DNA of 64,000 bases from an uncultured virus (IMG/VR IMGVR_UViG_3300025015_000025). Lineage: Duplodnaviria; Heunggongvirae; Uroviricota; Caudoviricetes. The notes under the pieces are model-generated. The model searched no databases and was not told where the DNA came from. It saw only the letters and a program-made list of their open reading frames with translations. The stretch is taken from IMG/VR virus record IMGVR_UViG_3300025015_000025, positions 1 through 64,000 of that record; one strand, given 5' to 3'. The translations under genes were made by a program, and so were the position numbers. This document shows positions 1-9,974 of this stretch, piece after piece; the stretch's first letter is position 1, and each line of letters begins with the position of its first letter.

Positions 1-227
1 AAGCCCCCCCCCCTGACAAAGGGCAACCCAAGAAACCATTGCTTCCTATCGCACCGGATGCTTTGGTTGCCCCCTCGGAACCTACGGATATACGGCTCAT
101 AGAACGCTCGCCAACGTCCAAACGAGCCAAACTGCGGAGTTTGGAGGCTCAGTCGGCTACTCTGCTGGCCACTGTCGTTGGCCTGCACAAGCAGATTAAG
201 CAACTTGTGGCGGAGGAGGACCGATGA
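1..227 (+). CDS. 3' part of hypothetical protein (starts before the window)
   Basis: Frame is open from the window edge to the TGA at 225-227; coiled-coil-like C-terminus. Confidence 0.5.
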   Translation, partial: APPPDKGQPKKPLLPIAPDALVAPSEPTDIRLIERSPTSKRAKLRSLEAQSATLLATVVGLHKQIKQLVAEEDR

Positions 228-241
228 CGTAATTTTGCCTC

Positions 242-269
242 TTGACAAAGTGAAATAGTGTGGTATAGT
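242..269 (+). promoter_or_regulatory. sigma70-type promoter
   Basis: TTGACA-16 nt-TATAGT with TG extension, upstream of the RBS AAGGAG and ATG 297. Confidence 0.75.
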
Positions 270-296
270 CCAGACCTAACAAGGAGAGTAGAGACC

Positions 297-755
297 ATGA
301 AAATCAAACCTGAACCAATCAATGAACTGGAAATTCCGGCTGACGCGCAGGAAATCCTTGCGCAAGTCAACGCGGAGTTGGCCATTGACACGACCAACCT
401 CAGCTTGGAGTACTCCACGTACAGCGCCATGTATTGCGGATGGTCGTTGAAACTGGCCGAGACCAGACGCCTGCATGAACTGGACACAATGGAATGCGAG
501 GAGTTGGAGGCCCGGTTGGCGGGTCCGATCCGGGAGGGGATGGGAACGAAATGCACGGAGACGCAGGTCAAGCAGCAGATGCGCTTGGACCCGAAGTACA
601 ACGAGAAGCTCCGTTCCGTGGCGCATCTGGCCTACCTCGTCAACGTCCTGACGGCCTGTGTTCGCGCCTATGAACGAAAATCCGAGATGCTGATCTCCCT
701 GGGCGCGACGCAGCGCCACGAGCAACAGTATCTCGATCCCGTAATCAAACGATAG
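297..755 (+). CDS. UvsY-like recombination mediator
   Basis: Helical 152-aa protein with a TETQVK...DPKY...RAYERKSEMLISLGA pattern; lies directly upstream of SSB and gp47/gp46. Confidence 0.65.
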   Translation: MKIKPEPINELEIPADAQEILAQVNAELAIDTTNLSLEYSTYSAMYCGWSLKLAETRRLHELDTMECEELEARLAGPIREGMGTKCTETQVKQQMRLDPKYNEKLRSVAHLAYLVNVLTACVRAYERKSEMLISLGATQRHEQQYLDPVIKR

Positions 756-764
756 GAGGTCACC

Positions 765-1697
765 ATGAATCGTGAAAAGTTGATGGCTCTAAAACTGCGC
801 CTGGATTCCTCGCAAAAACGTGGCGGGTTGTATTTCAGGCCCAAACCGGGGGCGACGCACACCATCCGCATTCTCCAGCGTCCGAACGTGGAGGAGTTCT
901 ACCTCCCGTTCTACCAACACTCCAACATCGGAACGGAGAAGGTTCCGATTCTCTGCCGACGGACCATCCACGCCACCGACTGTCCCATTGACGAAGTGGC
1001 GCAGGAGTTGATGCGCTCGACGGACGAGAAGGAGAAACGCCTGGGCAAAGGCATGCTGGCCCAGGAGCGGTATGCCTTCGTGGTTCTCGTGGACGGGGAT
1101 CCCAAGCCCCTGTGCTGGGACTTGGCTCCCAAGTTCTTCCGCAAGATCGTGGGATTCGTTTGCGACCCCGCGTGGGGGGATATCCTGGATCCCTATGAGG
1201 GCCGGGACTGGACGATGGAACGCGGACCGGGACAGGGCATCGACACGGAATACGATTTCCGTCCCAGCCCTGAGAAAACCTCCATTGGAGCCACACAGGA
1301 GGAAATCGAGGCTATCTTGGCCGATCTCCCGGACCTAACGCGCGCGTACTGTCCGAAGGAACCGGATGAGATCATGGCGATTCTCGACGGCGGAGCGGAT
1401 AGCTTCTCCCCTGCGGACATGGGAGCGGCCCCTCCGCCCCTTCCTCCCCCGGCTCCTTCCACGCCTCCCCCTCCTCCGCGCGTGGTGCGGCCTCCCGCTT
1501 CCCCCGCGCCTCCGGCACCGGTTGCTCCCGTGGCTCCTCCTGTGGAGGCCCCCAAGCCCCCTCTTCCTCCGGTTGCTTCGCCAACTGCGTCCGGGCCTGC
1601 CGCACCTCCGGCGGTTCCGCAAGTTCCCACGGAAAAGTTGAGCGAAGCAAAGCGCAAGTTTCAGGAGAAAATGGCGGCGCTGAAAAAAGGCAAATGA
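765..1697 (+). CDS. gp32-like single-stranded DNA-binding protein with Pro-rich tail
   Basis: FRPKPG..TIRIL, H..C..CPI zinc-site-like pattern, WGDILDPYEGRD, TEY motifs. Confidence 0.75.
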   Translation: MNREKLMALKLRLDSSQKRGGLYFRPKPGATHTIRILQRPNVEEFYLPFYQHSNIGTEKVPILCRRTIHATDCPIDEVAQELMRSTDEKEKRLGKGMLAQERYAFVVLVDGDPKPLCWDLAPKFFRKIVGFVCDPAWGDILDPYEGRDWTMERGPGQGIDTEYDFRPSPEKTSIGATQEEIEAILADLPDLTRAYCPKEPDEIMAILDGGADSFSPADMGAAPPPLPPPAPSTPPPPPRVVRPPASPAPPAPVAPVAPPVEAPKPPLPPVASPTASGPAAPPAVPQVPTEKLSEAKRKFQEKMAALKKGK

Positions 1698-2870
1698 GTG
1701 ACCTATCGGTTTGGCGTCATCACGGATATTCACCTGGGGCCGTCCCGTCAATTCGGGGCGGTCCCGGTTCCCTTTCCTATCCTTGGCATGCCGCCCAGGA
1801 TGGCGTTGATTGCGCGCGCGTTGGATTATGTGGTTGGCCAGTGTGCGGCACGGGGAGCACAGGATATCATTCTGGCTGGAGATATCTTGGCGGATCACGA
1901 GAAAACATCGGGGCATGTCCTGGTGCTCATTCGTAAAATTCTTTGGGACCTTGTACATTCTCATAGCGTGAACCTGTTCCTGATGGATGGGAACCACGAC
2001 CTTATCACGGGCCGCCGGGATAACACCCTGAGTGGGGTGGGCTTGGTCGCTCCCCGAAATTCCGTTGTTCTGGAGCGGTCCCTTTGGCCGGATGCCTACT
2101 CCACGGAAGCTCCGCTGATTGGATTTGACCCTTGGCGTGTTGTGTCCTACACGTCCGACACCAAACAGACGGTCTACGTGCCCGCGCTGAAAAGTTGCCG
2201 ACGCCGATTACTTGTGATGCCGTGGGTCCCTGATGAGCATTTTCCGCGCATGCTGGCCGAGGCGGGTGTGGACGAGGCGGACGTGGTGATCTGCCATCAA
2301 CCGTTGGCGGGAGTTCCGTTGGCCACGGGCGCGACCTTGCCGGAGGGCGTGGACGTGCAGGAGTTGATGAAGGTGGCGCGCGCGGGAACGACATTCATCT
2401 CGGGCGATATTCATCACCGCATGCTGCTGGACATCCCGGACCGGTGTTCCTGGGTGTATGTTGGCCCTCCCTGTCACCATACCTTCGGTGATGTTGGAGA
2501 AATTGGCGGCGTCATCGTGGACATCCCGGACGCGGGCCAGGTGGATGTGACGCCGATCAATAATCCGCTTGGGCCATTTTTCCATCCTGCGCTTGTGTCG
2601 CCGGACGAGTTATACGCGCCGGGGGAGAAAGTGGGATTCTTCCGTTGTCCCAGGACGCCGGAATTTGAATCCCGTGTGCAGGAGTTGGGCATCGAGGCAT
2701 TTGTCGCGTGGGAGGGGAGCCTATTCCTCGCCGACACGCAAACCGTGGGAAAGCCCTCGGACCTGTTGGCTCCTATTGAGCAGGATTTGTCCTCCTACGT
2801 TGGCAACGTATGCAAGGAGAAAGACGCCGCTCTCGTGTTGAACACGGGATTGAAACTGCTGGAGGTATAG
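1698..2870 (+). CDS. Mre11/SbcD/gp47-like metallophosphoesterase nuclease
   Basis: DIHLG, AGDI, GNHD, CHQ, SGDIH motifs. Confidence 0.9.
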   Translation: MTYRFGVITDIHLGPSRQFGAVPVPFPILGMPPRMALIARALDYVVGQCAARGAQDIILAGDILADHEKTSGHVLVLIRKILWDLVHSHSVNLFLMDGNHDLITGRRDNTLSGVGLVAPRNSVVLERSLWPDAYSTEAPLIGFDPWRVVSYTSDTKQTVYVPALKSCRRRLLVMPWVPDEHFPRMLAEAGVDEADVVICHQPLAGVPLATGATLPEGVDVQELMKVARAGTTFISGDIHHRMLLDIPDRCSWVYVGPPCHHTFGDVGEIGGVIVDIPDAGQVDVTPINNPLGPFFHPALVSPDELYAPGEKVGFFRCPRTPEFESRVQELGIEAFVAWEGSLFLADTQTVGKPSDLLAPIEQDLSSYVGNVCKEKDAALVLNTGLKLLEV

Positions 2871-3104
2871 CGTTGACCACATTCGCCCGTAACACGTTGG
2901 TCCCCATTCACCGCAGCCGAGCGGATGTGGATTGCCTTCTGCGCGAATGGGGAGCATCAGGCGTCCAGTGGTCCGACGACCGCTATGTCTCCGATTGTTG
3001 CCAATCCCGCGTATACCACGCGACGGTAGAGATGTTTGATGGGCCAACCATAGTGTACGCTTGCGATTACTGTGAGTGCGCCTGTGGCGTCGTGAAGAAA
3101 TAGC

Positions 3105-5102
3105 ATGCTGACCCTCACGCGGCTTGTTCTGAAAAACTTCGGGCCGTTTGGGTCCGTGGACCAGTCTTTTCCTCCGACGGGAGCCGTCAAAGTATCTGGC
3201 AAGAACGAATTTGACCCCGGTCAGGATGACAACGGCAGTGGAAAGAGCACAATGCTCGGCGAGGGTCTGTCCTTCATCGTTTATGATGAAAACTTACGGG
3301 GAACCCGCGCCAATGACTTGATCCGAGACGACCAGGACGAGGCGTACGGACGCGCCGAATTCCATGACGATAGCGACCCGCGTCCGTTGGTCTTTGAGCG
3401 CACGAAGAAACGTGGCAAGTCCTCGGTCCTGGTCACCTCGCGTCCCGTGAGCCTGCTGTCGTTTTCCCTCTTCTCCATCTGCAACGTCTTCGATGATACT
3501 GCCGTGTCCTTTGTGACGGCGCAACCGGCGGAGCGGCAAAAGCATTTGGAAAAGATCATTGGCGCGGAGCGCGTGGAGAAGGCTTTGAATGCGGCCACGG
3601 GGGAAATCGAGCGCGCTGAGAAGAGGATATCCGATCTGGAGAGGGATAGCGAGAAGAATCAGACGAAGGTTGACACGCTGATCCAGGTCGGCGAGAGTTT
3701 GGCGGAGAAATTCGATCCGCAGAGCGTGGCGGCGGCCCAAGTGACCGCGCAGGCGGCATTGGACTCCCTCCAGGCCAGCTATCGTGTCTCCGTGGATGTC
3801 GTGGCCGCACTGGAAGCGGAGCAGACGGAATCCCTGGCCGTATTACAAGGCGTGGACGCACAGATCGCCGACACGGAGGCACGGTTCACTAAGGAAATCC
3901 AGGACACAGCGTCTCCGGCAATGCTGGCGGACGTGGACCGGCGGATCAAGGGTCTTCCGACGAAGTACGCGGACCGGATTCGGAAAGCCACCAGCGATAA
4001 GGAGGCATTGATCCGGGACCAGGGCGGCATTCAAGGCTCAATTACCGCCGTGGGCGCGCGCATCACCCGGTATGAAGCGCTGGGGCCGACGTGTCCGACG
4101 TGCGAACAGGCCGTGGATGCCACACACAAGGAGAACCATCTCGCCCTACTCCAGCAGGAGAAAGATGCTTTTGAGGAGAAACTGGAATCCATTGTTGCGC
4201 TTGTACGCGCCGCGAGTTCTAACGTGGAGGCGTTGGCGACGCAGCAGATTCAGGACGGGCAGGCCTTGGCTACGGAACGGGCGACGATTGAGGCCAGGCG
4301 GGACGCCATTCTTCAACGCAAGGCCTCTGCGTTGGGTATCCTCGCGGAGACGCGCAAGCGCCTGTCCGATGAGCGATCAACCCGAGAGTCCTCCATCCGC
4401 ACGGAGACTTCCTCGAAGATATCCTTGGAGCGTGAAATTCAGCGTGGAACGACAACCTTGGCAGAGCTGAAAAAATCCGTCGCGGACTATGAACAATCCC
4501 TTAAGGAAAACTTGGAACAAGTTGAGGCATTGGACGCGGAGCGCGCGCGCTTGCGCGAAGCCTTGGTGGCGCAACGGGAAGCCATCAAACCGTATTTGTT
4601 CTGGAAAAAACACTTTGGTGCCGGTGGGTTCAGGGCGTGGCGGCTGGGACGGGTGCTCGACGTGCTCAATGAGACATTGGCCGAGTTGACGCAGACGTTC
4701 CCCAGCTTCCGTGTGTCCTTTGTTTTGGAGCGCACGGGCAGCAGTACGGGGAAGATTGAAATCAAATGCCTACGCACGGCTAATAACCGGGAGTACTTCT
4801 ACGAGCAATTGTCCTCAGGGGAGCGCCGCCGGGTTGTATTGATTGTGCTTTTCGGCCTGTGGAAATTGGGCCAATCCTTTCCCAATGGGTTCCGCTTCCT
4901 CATCAGTGACGAAGTGTTCGACAAAATTGACGGCAGCGGCCGGGACAGCGTGGCGGACGCCGTGGGCTCCATGCGGACGCAGGGTCAGGTCTTTGTGGTG
5001 ACCCATGTTCCCGAAGATACCATTCAGTACGACCAACACATCGAGTGTGTCAAAGACCCCACGGGCATATCTTCAACCCACTCCATTCCCGTGGCCAGTT
5101 AA
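3105..5102 (+). CDS. Rad50/SbcC/gp46-like SMC ATPase
   Basis: Walker A NGSGKST, coiled coil with CPTC zinc hook, signature LSSGE, Walker B LISDEVFD, H-loop VVTH. Confidence 0.92.
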   Translation: MLTLTRLVLKNFGPFGSVDQSFPPTGAVKVSGKNEFDPGQDDNGSGKSTMLGEGLSFIVYDENLRGTRANDLIRDDQDEAYGRAEFHDDSDPRPLVFERTKKRGKSSVLVTSRPVSLLSFSLFSICNVFDDTAVSFVTAQPAERQKHLEKIIGAERVEKALNAATGEIERAEKRISDLERDSEKNQTKVDTLIQVGESLAEKFDPQSVAAAQVTAQAALDSLQASYRVSVDVVAALEAEQTESLAVLQGVDAQIADTEARFTKEIQDTASPAMLADVDRRIKGLPTKYADRIRKATSDKEALIRDQGGIQGSITAVGARITRYEALGPTCPTCEQAVDATHKENHLALLQQEKDAFEEKLESIVALVRAASSNVEALATQQIQDGQALATERATIEARRDAILQRKASALGILAETRKRLSDERSTRESSIRTETSSKISLEREIQRGTTTLAELKKSVADYEQSLKENLEQVEALDAERARLREALVAQREAIKPYLFWKKHFGAGGFRAWRLGRVLDVLNETLAELTQTFPSFRVSFVLERTGSSTGKIEIKCLRTANNREYFYEQLSSGERRRVVLIVLFGLWKLGQSFPNGFRFLISDEVFDKIDGSGRDSVADAVGSMRTQGQVFVVTHVPEDTIQYDQHIECVKDPTGISSTHSIPVAS

Positions 5103-5112
5103 GGAGAGTTCA

Positions 5113-5421
5113 ATGGTTGATTTGACTACGTTGCCTTCCGTACCAGCATCTGTGGATCCCGCGTCTACGCCGCCGGACGGGAGTGAGGAGCAGAAGTTAT
5201 ACCGTCAGATGGGGCGCATACTGACCGATCTTGTGGCGGCCGATTCCTTGGCGGAGAAGATTGATGATGCCGTGCGCGCTGGACTGCTGGACGCGCGGCA
5301 TCCCATTGCTATCGCACGGAAGGAGTACGGCCGCACGTTTACCTACTTCTGGAGAGAGTTTGTCACCAAGATGGAGCGGGCGGCGGATCAAGCGCAAGGG
5401 GCGCGGGGCGGCCATGAGTAG
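5113..5421 (+). CDS. hypothetical protein
   Basis: RBS AAGGAG before ATG 5113; overlaps the next gene. Confidence 0.6.
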   Translation: MVDLTTLPSVPASVDPASTPPDGSEEQKLYRQMGRILTDLVAADSLAEKIDDAVRAGLLDARHPIAIARKEYGRTFTYFWREFVTKMERAADQAQGARGGHE

Positions 5422-5806
5422 CGACGTTGGGCGCATGCACCCCGTTGGAGGCGGCTTTGAAATAGACCCTGAGCCTGAGGGCTTGCTCTTAGGACCGTAT
5501 GCGGCAATGGGGGAGGAGATAGGGAAGCTCGTGGAGAGTAAGAATATCGCGTATGGCGATGCATTTGGTCAGTCAGGGAAGATTTTAGAAGTCCTATTCC
5601 CGGACGGTGTGCCCGTGGAGAAGTACGATGACCTCCTGTTCCTAGTACGGACAATAGACAAGTTATTCCGGATCGCCTCACGTCGTATGGATGCGTTTGG
5701 AGAAAATCCGTTTAGCGATATTGCTGGGTATGCTATACTGGGTGCGGTGCGTTTCGAGAACGACCGCAAGAAAAAGGAAGATCATGCCGCGCAAAAAAGA
5801 CCATAG
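5414..5806 (+). CDS. nucleotide-modification-associated (DUF1599/Nmad1-like) helical protein
   Basis: KNIAYGDAF...DKLFRI...ENPFSDIAGYAILG. Confidence 0.6.
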   Translation: MSSDVGRMHPVGGGFEIDPEPEGLLLGPYAAMGEEIGKLVESKNIAYGDAFGQSGKILEVLFPDGVPVEKYDDLLFLVRTIDKLFRIASRRMDAFGENPFSDIAGYAILGAVRFENDRKKKEDHAAQKRP

Positions 5807-6503
5807 CAGAAGTGCATCCGGGCGTCGGGCAAAGCAGCACGGCAACGCATTTGAACGGATTGTGTATCATCTGATCCGGGATGCTTGGAAGTTGGACGAG
5901 AAGGAGTGTTTCCGTACGCCGCTGTCCGGAGGGCATCGGTCTTTGAATGCGTCGGATATCCTGTTTGGCGACGGCGTGTTCGATACCGGGGACCGTCCGC
6001 TGTTCATCGAGTGCAAGTACAGAACCGTCCGGCAATGGTCGTTCGATTACCTCTTCAAGGGTCCGTTCCAGGAGACTGCGGATTCCTGGTTCCCTATTAA
6101 AGTTCTGGAAGAGACGCGCACGAAGTGCCCTGAGGGCCATGCTCCGCTGGCTGTTATGGGCCGTCCCTTGTTCCCCGTGTTCGCCGTGTTCAAGTTCGAT
6201 GATTACAAGGATGAAGCCCTTCTCTTTGACCAGGTATTCAGTTTGGGATACTACGGAATGTGCCCGTTGCCTATCTTTCTCAAGGCCTACGCGCACACAC
6301 AACACGGCCTCAGCACCCGGTTGGGTGTGCAATGGGTGGACGTGAAGGGCATTGCTAAGTTCAACGTCGAACGGGAGCGGGAACGGTTGAAGGCGCTGGC
6401 AAAGGACATGGGCGTCCAGGTCATTACGACACGGGAGGAATTGGAAGCGGCGGAACAAGCCTCACCAGCACCGCTTCCCTTTCCGCCACGAAAGGAAAAT
6501 TAA
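5784..6503 (+). CDS. Holliday junction resolvase-like PD-(D/E)XK nuclease
   Basis: AKQHGNAFER, RTPLSGG, DI...FIECK. Confidence 0.8.
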   Translation: MPRKKDHSRSASGRRAKQHGNAFERIVYHLIRDAWKLDEKECFRTPLSGGHRSLNASDILFGDGVFDTGDRPLFIECKYRTVRQWSFDYLFKGPFQETADSWFPIKVLEETRTKCPEGHAPLAVMGRPLFPVFAVFKFDDYKDEALLFDQVFSLGYYGMCPLPIFLKAYAHTQHGLSTRLGVQWVDVKGIAKFNVERERERLKALAKDMGVQVITTREELEAAEQASPAPLPFPPRKEN

Positions 6504-6504
6504 C

Positions 6505-7056
6505 GTGCAGGGAAACGGGCGGGTCTTGGTCCTGGTGGATTGCCAGCAGTTGTTCTATTCCGCGCGGGAATTGAGCGGAGAATGGGCGCGGCTGGATTAT
6601 CAGAAGCTCGACAAGCGTGTGGCGGAATTAGTTCACGGTCGGGACGTGGTGAAGGTGGCGTTTGTCGCCGTGTCCGATCAGTTTGACAGTTCCCGGTTTG
6701 TCACCATGCTCAAAGCGTTGGGCTATCGGGTCAAGAAGAAATACGTGAACCTGGCCGCAGCCGCTGGAGGCGATGGTATCCGGTGGTCGGAGTGGATGAC
6801 GGGCGAAATCACCTCCCTGTTGACGGATCCCTATGCGGCCTTTGTCATCGCATCCGGCTCCGGTGGGTTCCTTCGTCTCGTGGAGTCCCTGGTCGGCGGG
6901 GATAATGAGGTGACCATGCTTTCCTTCAAGAACCGGCTGAACGCGAGTTTCCGCGCCTTGACCCCGGTCGTGGAATTGGGCGTGGAGGACCTACTGGAGG
7001 AGCGCCGCCGGGAGAAAGACGCATGCGGGACAGCGCCGACGAACTCAACCAGCTAA
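6505..7056 (+). CDS. NYN/LabA (PIN-fold) domain protein, acidic active-site residues degenerate
   Basis: VLVLVDCQQL, RLDYQKL, FVIASGSGGF (the family usually has SGDGDF). Confidence 0.7.
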   Translation: MQGNGRVLVLVDCQQLFYSARELSGEWARLDYQKLDKRVAELVHGRDVVKVAFVAVSDQFDSSRFVTMLKALGYRVKKKYVNLAAAAGGDGIRWSEWMTGEITSLLTDPYAAFVIASGSGGFLRLVESLVGGDNEVTMLSFKNRLNASFRALTPVVELGVEDLLEERRREKDACGTAPTNSTS

Positions 7057-7658
7057 AAGCGGAGGAGTTGTACTGCACGGCCTTGCAAAGCGTGCCCGTG
7101 ATCGCCCGGACGCTGGGGCTGAACGAGCGGATGGTGTACTTTTGGAAGGATAACCTGGACTGGACGCGCAAACGCGACCGATTCCTTAAAAAAATCAAAC
7201 GTGGCATGCAGGAGCGCGCGCGAACCATGCTGGCGCGCACGTTGTCGGACATGGACCGGGATCTCTCTGAACTCCAGAAAATGTCCCTGGCGGCCATCCG
7301 GCCCAACAATCCTGAAAACCCCGAGGACGCCGTGGGCACGGATCGGGAGCGCAAACCCCTCACGTTCCGCAGCGCCGAGGGAGCCGCCAAATTGCTCATG
7401 GACGTGTACGGCGAACGTCGGCAGCTCATTGCCACCGTATTGGAGTACATCGGCGGGGATCTCCCTGCGTTGGACCTTCCCACGTTGGCACTTGGAGGCG
7501 AATCCCCAGCCACACCTCCCGCCCTACCAGGGCAAGTCTCCCCCGTACTGGAGGACCTTGGCGGAAAGGTCATCAAACGGGACAAACGGCGCAAACTCCC
7601 CCCTCGCCGGAAGCGCGTGCCCAAGAAAGCGCAGAAACCACCGGAGCCGGGGGCGTAG
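7023..7658 (+). CDS. HTH protein, terminase small subunit-like
   Basis: AEELY...IARTLGLNERMVYFWK...W N-terminal HTH followed by a coiled coil and basic tail. Confidence 0.55.
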   Translation: MRDSADELNQLKAEELYCTALQSVPVIARTLGLNERMVYFWKDNLDWTRKRDRFLKKIKRGMQERARTMLARTLSDMDRDLSELQKMSLAAIRPNNPENPEDAVGTDRERKPLTFRSAEGAAKLLMDVYGERRQLIATVLEYIGGDLPALDLPTLALGGESPATPPALPGQVSPVLEDLGGKVIKRDKRRKLPPRRKRVPKKAQKPPEPGA

Positions 7659-7805
7659 ATGGGCACGCAAACCCGGTCTGGCAGGTCATGGCTCGCGTCA
7701 GGATCGTCCCGGATCAATTTTCCGTGTCCTCCTCCCGGTCATCCTGCCCAATTCAATCCTGGACTGCTTGGTGTGCTGAAACGTGGGGAAACATGCTTAC
7801 CTCAC

Positions 7806-7834
7806 TTGACAAACTGTATAAGATGCGGTATAAT
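7806..7834 (+). promoter_or_regulatory. consensus sigma70 promoter
   Basis: TTGACA-17 nt-TATAAT. Confidence 0.9.
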
Positions 7835-7857
7835 GCAGATGAAATGAAGGAGAGAAC

Positions 7858-8100
7858 ATGAAAATCACGAAAATCAGCAAGCATTTTTCTTTGACCATCC
7901 AGGCGCGGCCGTTCCATCCCCTTACGATGTCCACGATGATGGAGGCGGAGGTGGGAGAGGGGGAGACGGAGGAGGACGTGCGCGCATTGTTGGATGAAAA
8001 GGTGCAGGAAGACGTGTTTCTGGGTATCCCCGAGGCCGTCGAGAAGTTCAACACGGAAATCGATGGCATGACCTCCTCGGGGGCCATCCGGAAGAAGTAA
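7858..8100 (+). CDS. hypothetical early protein
   Basis: Strong RBS AAGGAGAG; first gene after the promoter. Confidence 0.7.
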   Translation: MKITKISKHFSLTIQARPFHPLTMSTMMEAEVGEGETEEDVRALLDEKVQEDVFLGIPEAVEKFNTEIDGMTSSGAIRKK

Positions 8101-8333
8101 TGCCAATCCCTCTATGGCAACTCTACGTCGGGGTTGCCTGCATCTTCGCCCTTTACTATCTTCCCGAGGGGCCTGCGTACTTACGCCGGAAGCCGGTGCA
8201 TAGGGCTATTCAAGCCTTTGTTGTCGCCGTGGTCCCGTTTATCCTTGGATCTGTATGGCCTATCATTTTAGTCATGCGCATTGTTGGTGCTCTGCGCGAG
8301 TGCCAGAAGTTCGCACGAGGAGATTGTGTATGA
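8100..8333 (+). CDS. small membrane protein
   Basis: Two hydrophobic segments; TAATG coupling. Confidence 0.55.
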   Translation: MPIPLWQLYVGVACIFALYYLPEGPAYLRRKPVHRAIQAFVVAVVPFILGSVWPIILVMRIVGALRECQKFARGDCV

Positions 8334-8575
8334 AGCGTTGCGCGTTGTTGTTCCTTGTCCTGACTCTTTTAGGGTGTAGTCTGGCTAACTTTTTCCCCAC
8401 GGGCTATGTGGAGGTGACGGTCGTCAAGGATGGCGTGACCGTGTTGCACGGGACTTTCCACGCCCATCAAGTCAAGGCTTCCGCGTCGGAGTTGAAACTC
8501 TACTGTACCCTGTTGTCATGCCGGATGATCTACTCCAAGGCGCAAGGGAACAGTTGGACTATCACGAAATTGTAG
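8330..8575 (+). CDS. putative lipoprotein
   Basis: MKRCALLFLVLTLLG-C lipobox-like N-terminus; RBS GAGGAG. Confidence 0.55.
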   Translation: MKRCALLFLVLTLLGCSLANFFPTGYVEVTVVKDGVTVLHGTFHAHQVKASASELKLYCTLLSCRMIYSKAQGNSWTITKL

Positions 8576-8584
8576 GAGGACGGC

Positions 8585-8884
8585 ATGTACGTGAGGTTCT
8601 GGAAGAGGGTCTTGGGCTTGATGAAGAACCACAACAAAGATGTGAAGACATCGGATGCTCCTCCGTTGATGTACATTATCCCGCAGGAACACGTGGAACA
8701 GGTCTTTGAACTGTGGGATGAGTCACGCAACGACCCGGGCAGCTCGGCGGCCAGATTCAGGCTGTGGAGTTTTGTGGAAGCCAGTCTGGGAGGCAAGACC
8801 AACATACAATCTGGAATGCGCTGGCAATTACGCGCCCTAAATTGCTTGACCCTTCACGTGATCAATATTCCCAACAAGGAGTGA
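8585..8884 (+). CDS. hypothetical protein
   Basis: RBS AGGAGG. Confidence 0.6.
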   Translation: MYVRFWKRVLGLMKNHNKDVKTSDAPPLMYIIPQEHVEQVFELWDESRNDPGSSAARFRLWSFVEASLGGKTNIQSGMRWQLRALNCLTLHVINIPNKE

Positions 8885-8886
8885 TC

Positions 8887-9141
8887 ATGACATCGCATAG
8901 GACGCTCGCCAAAATCTTAGTGGTCCTCTTCCTCTGCCTGATGGCCTACGGTGTGGGATGGTCGCGCGGCGCGGAGTGGACGCATGAGCAAACCTGCCTA
9001 CTCCTGGCGGACTTCTTTGAACTCTACACAAAGACGGACACACGTGCGCTCGGCCCGGAGGATCGAGCGCTGTTGAAGAACATCGAACGCCGGATGCAGG
9101 TCATGGAGCGTATGGCCAAGCGGCATGCGGTGGCCCCATGA
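8887..9141 (+). CDS. hypothetical membrane-anchored protein
   Basis: RBS AAGGAG; N-terminal hydrophobic helix. Confidence 0.55.
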   Translation: MTSHRTLAKILVVLFLCLMAYGVGWSRGAEWTHEQTCLLLADFFELYTKTDTRALGPEDRALLKNIERRMQVMERMAKRHAVAP

Positions 9142-9656
9142 CCGACCTGGACAAGACAATCACATATTTCTATTTTCTATATTCAATGTGCCCTTCGGTG
9201 GACGAAATGGCGAAACGCTTACTCCCCAAAGAAAAGCCCCTACGCAAATGCGCCCTTCGCGGGTGTGAAAACATGACACGGCATAATGGGAGCTATTGCT
9301 GTGCGGAACATTGCAAAGCCGCCAAGTTGCCCGCCGCGCCAGACGCCGCTGGGAGCCGTTGTGACAACACAAGTCGTTGAGACGGATTCCAGTGTCTACG
9401 TGCTCAGCGTGCGGTGCGCCAACTGCCAGAGCATCTTCCTGGTGGCCATCCCCATGGGGACCAGCTACAACCAGCATCTCGCCCGTGGATTGGTGGAATG
9501 CCTCTACTGCGGACAGACCTCCAAAGACATTCCAGGTACGGCATGGGAAGACCGCTCCAAGAAGTTTATCAATCTCGGCGTTCCCAAGGATGACGCCTTG
9601 GACCACGTGGACGACGGGCTTCCGAAGAAAAGAAAGCGTGCCAAACGAGGTAAGCC

Positions 9657-9974
9657 TTGAAATCTCCTGACATGGCTATCCGCATCACCCCTAAGATGTT
9701 CATCGCCTATAACGCCAGACTTTTGGAGGAACTCCACTTTCCATCCGTCGTGGAATTCGTGGTCATGCCTCCGGGGGACGTGATCCTGATCCGGCGTAGC
9801 ATTGCGCGGACTACGGGTTATCGGGTATCCTACTGCAATCGTAAAAATAAATCCGGGGCCGTCACGGCGGTCCCCCGGCCGTTATTGAAGCGGTTTGGTA
9901 ATCAAATCAAGCCGGGTCGGTACATCGCCTATCGTTCGGGATCCGGCGTAGCGTTTCGCTTGGGGGATGTGTGA
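9657..9974 (+). CDS. hypothetical protein
   Basis: RBS GAGGT; coupled to its neighbours. Confidence 0.5.
   Translation: MKSPDMAIRITPKMFIAYNARLLEELHFPSVVEFVVMPPGDVILIRRSIARTTGYRVSYCNRKNKSGAVTAVPRPLLKRFGNQIKPGRYIAYRSGSGVAFRLGDV

Noticed and set aside
4..13. C10 homopolymer as a phase-variation tract
   Set aside because: Encodes a Pro run in an open frame at the window edge; no context to support switching
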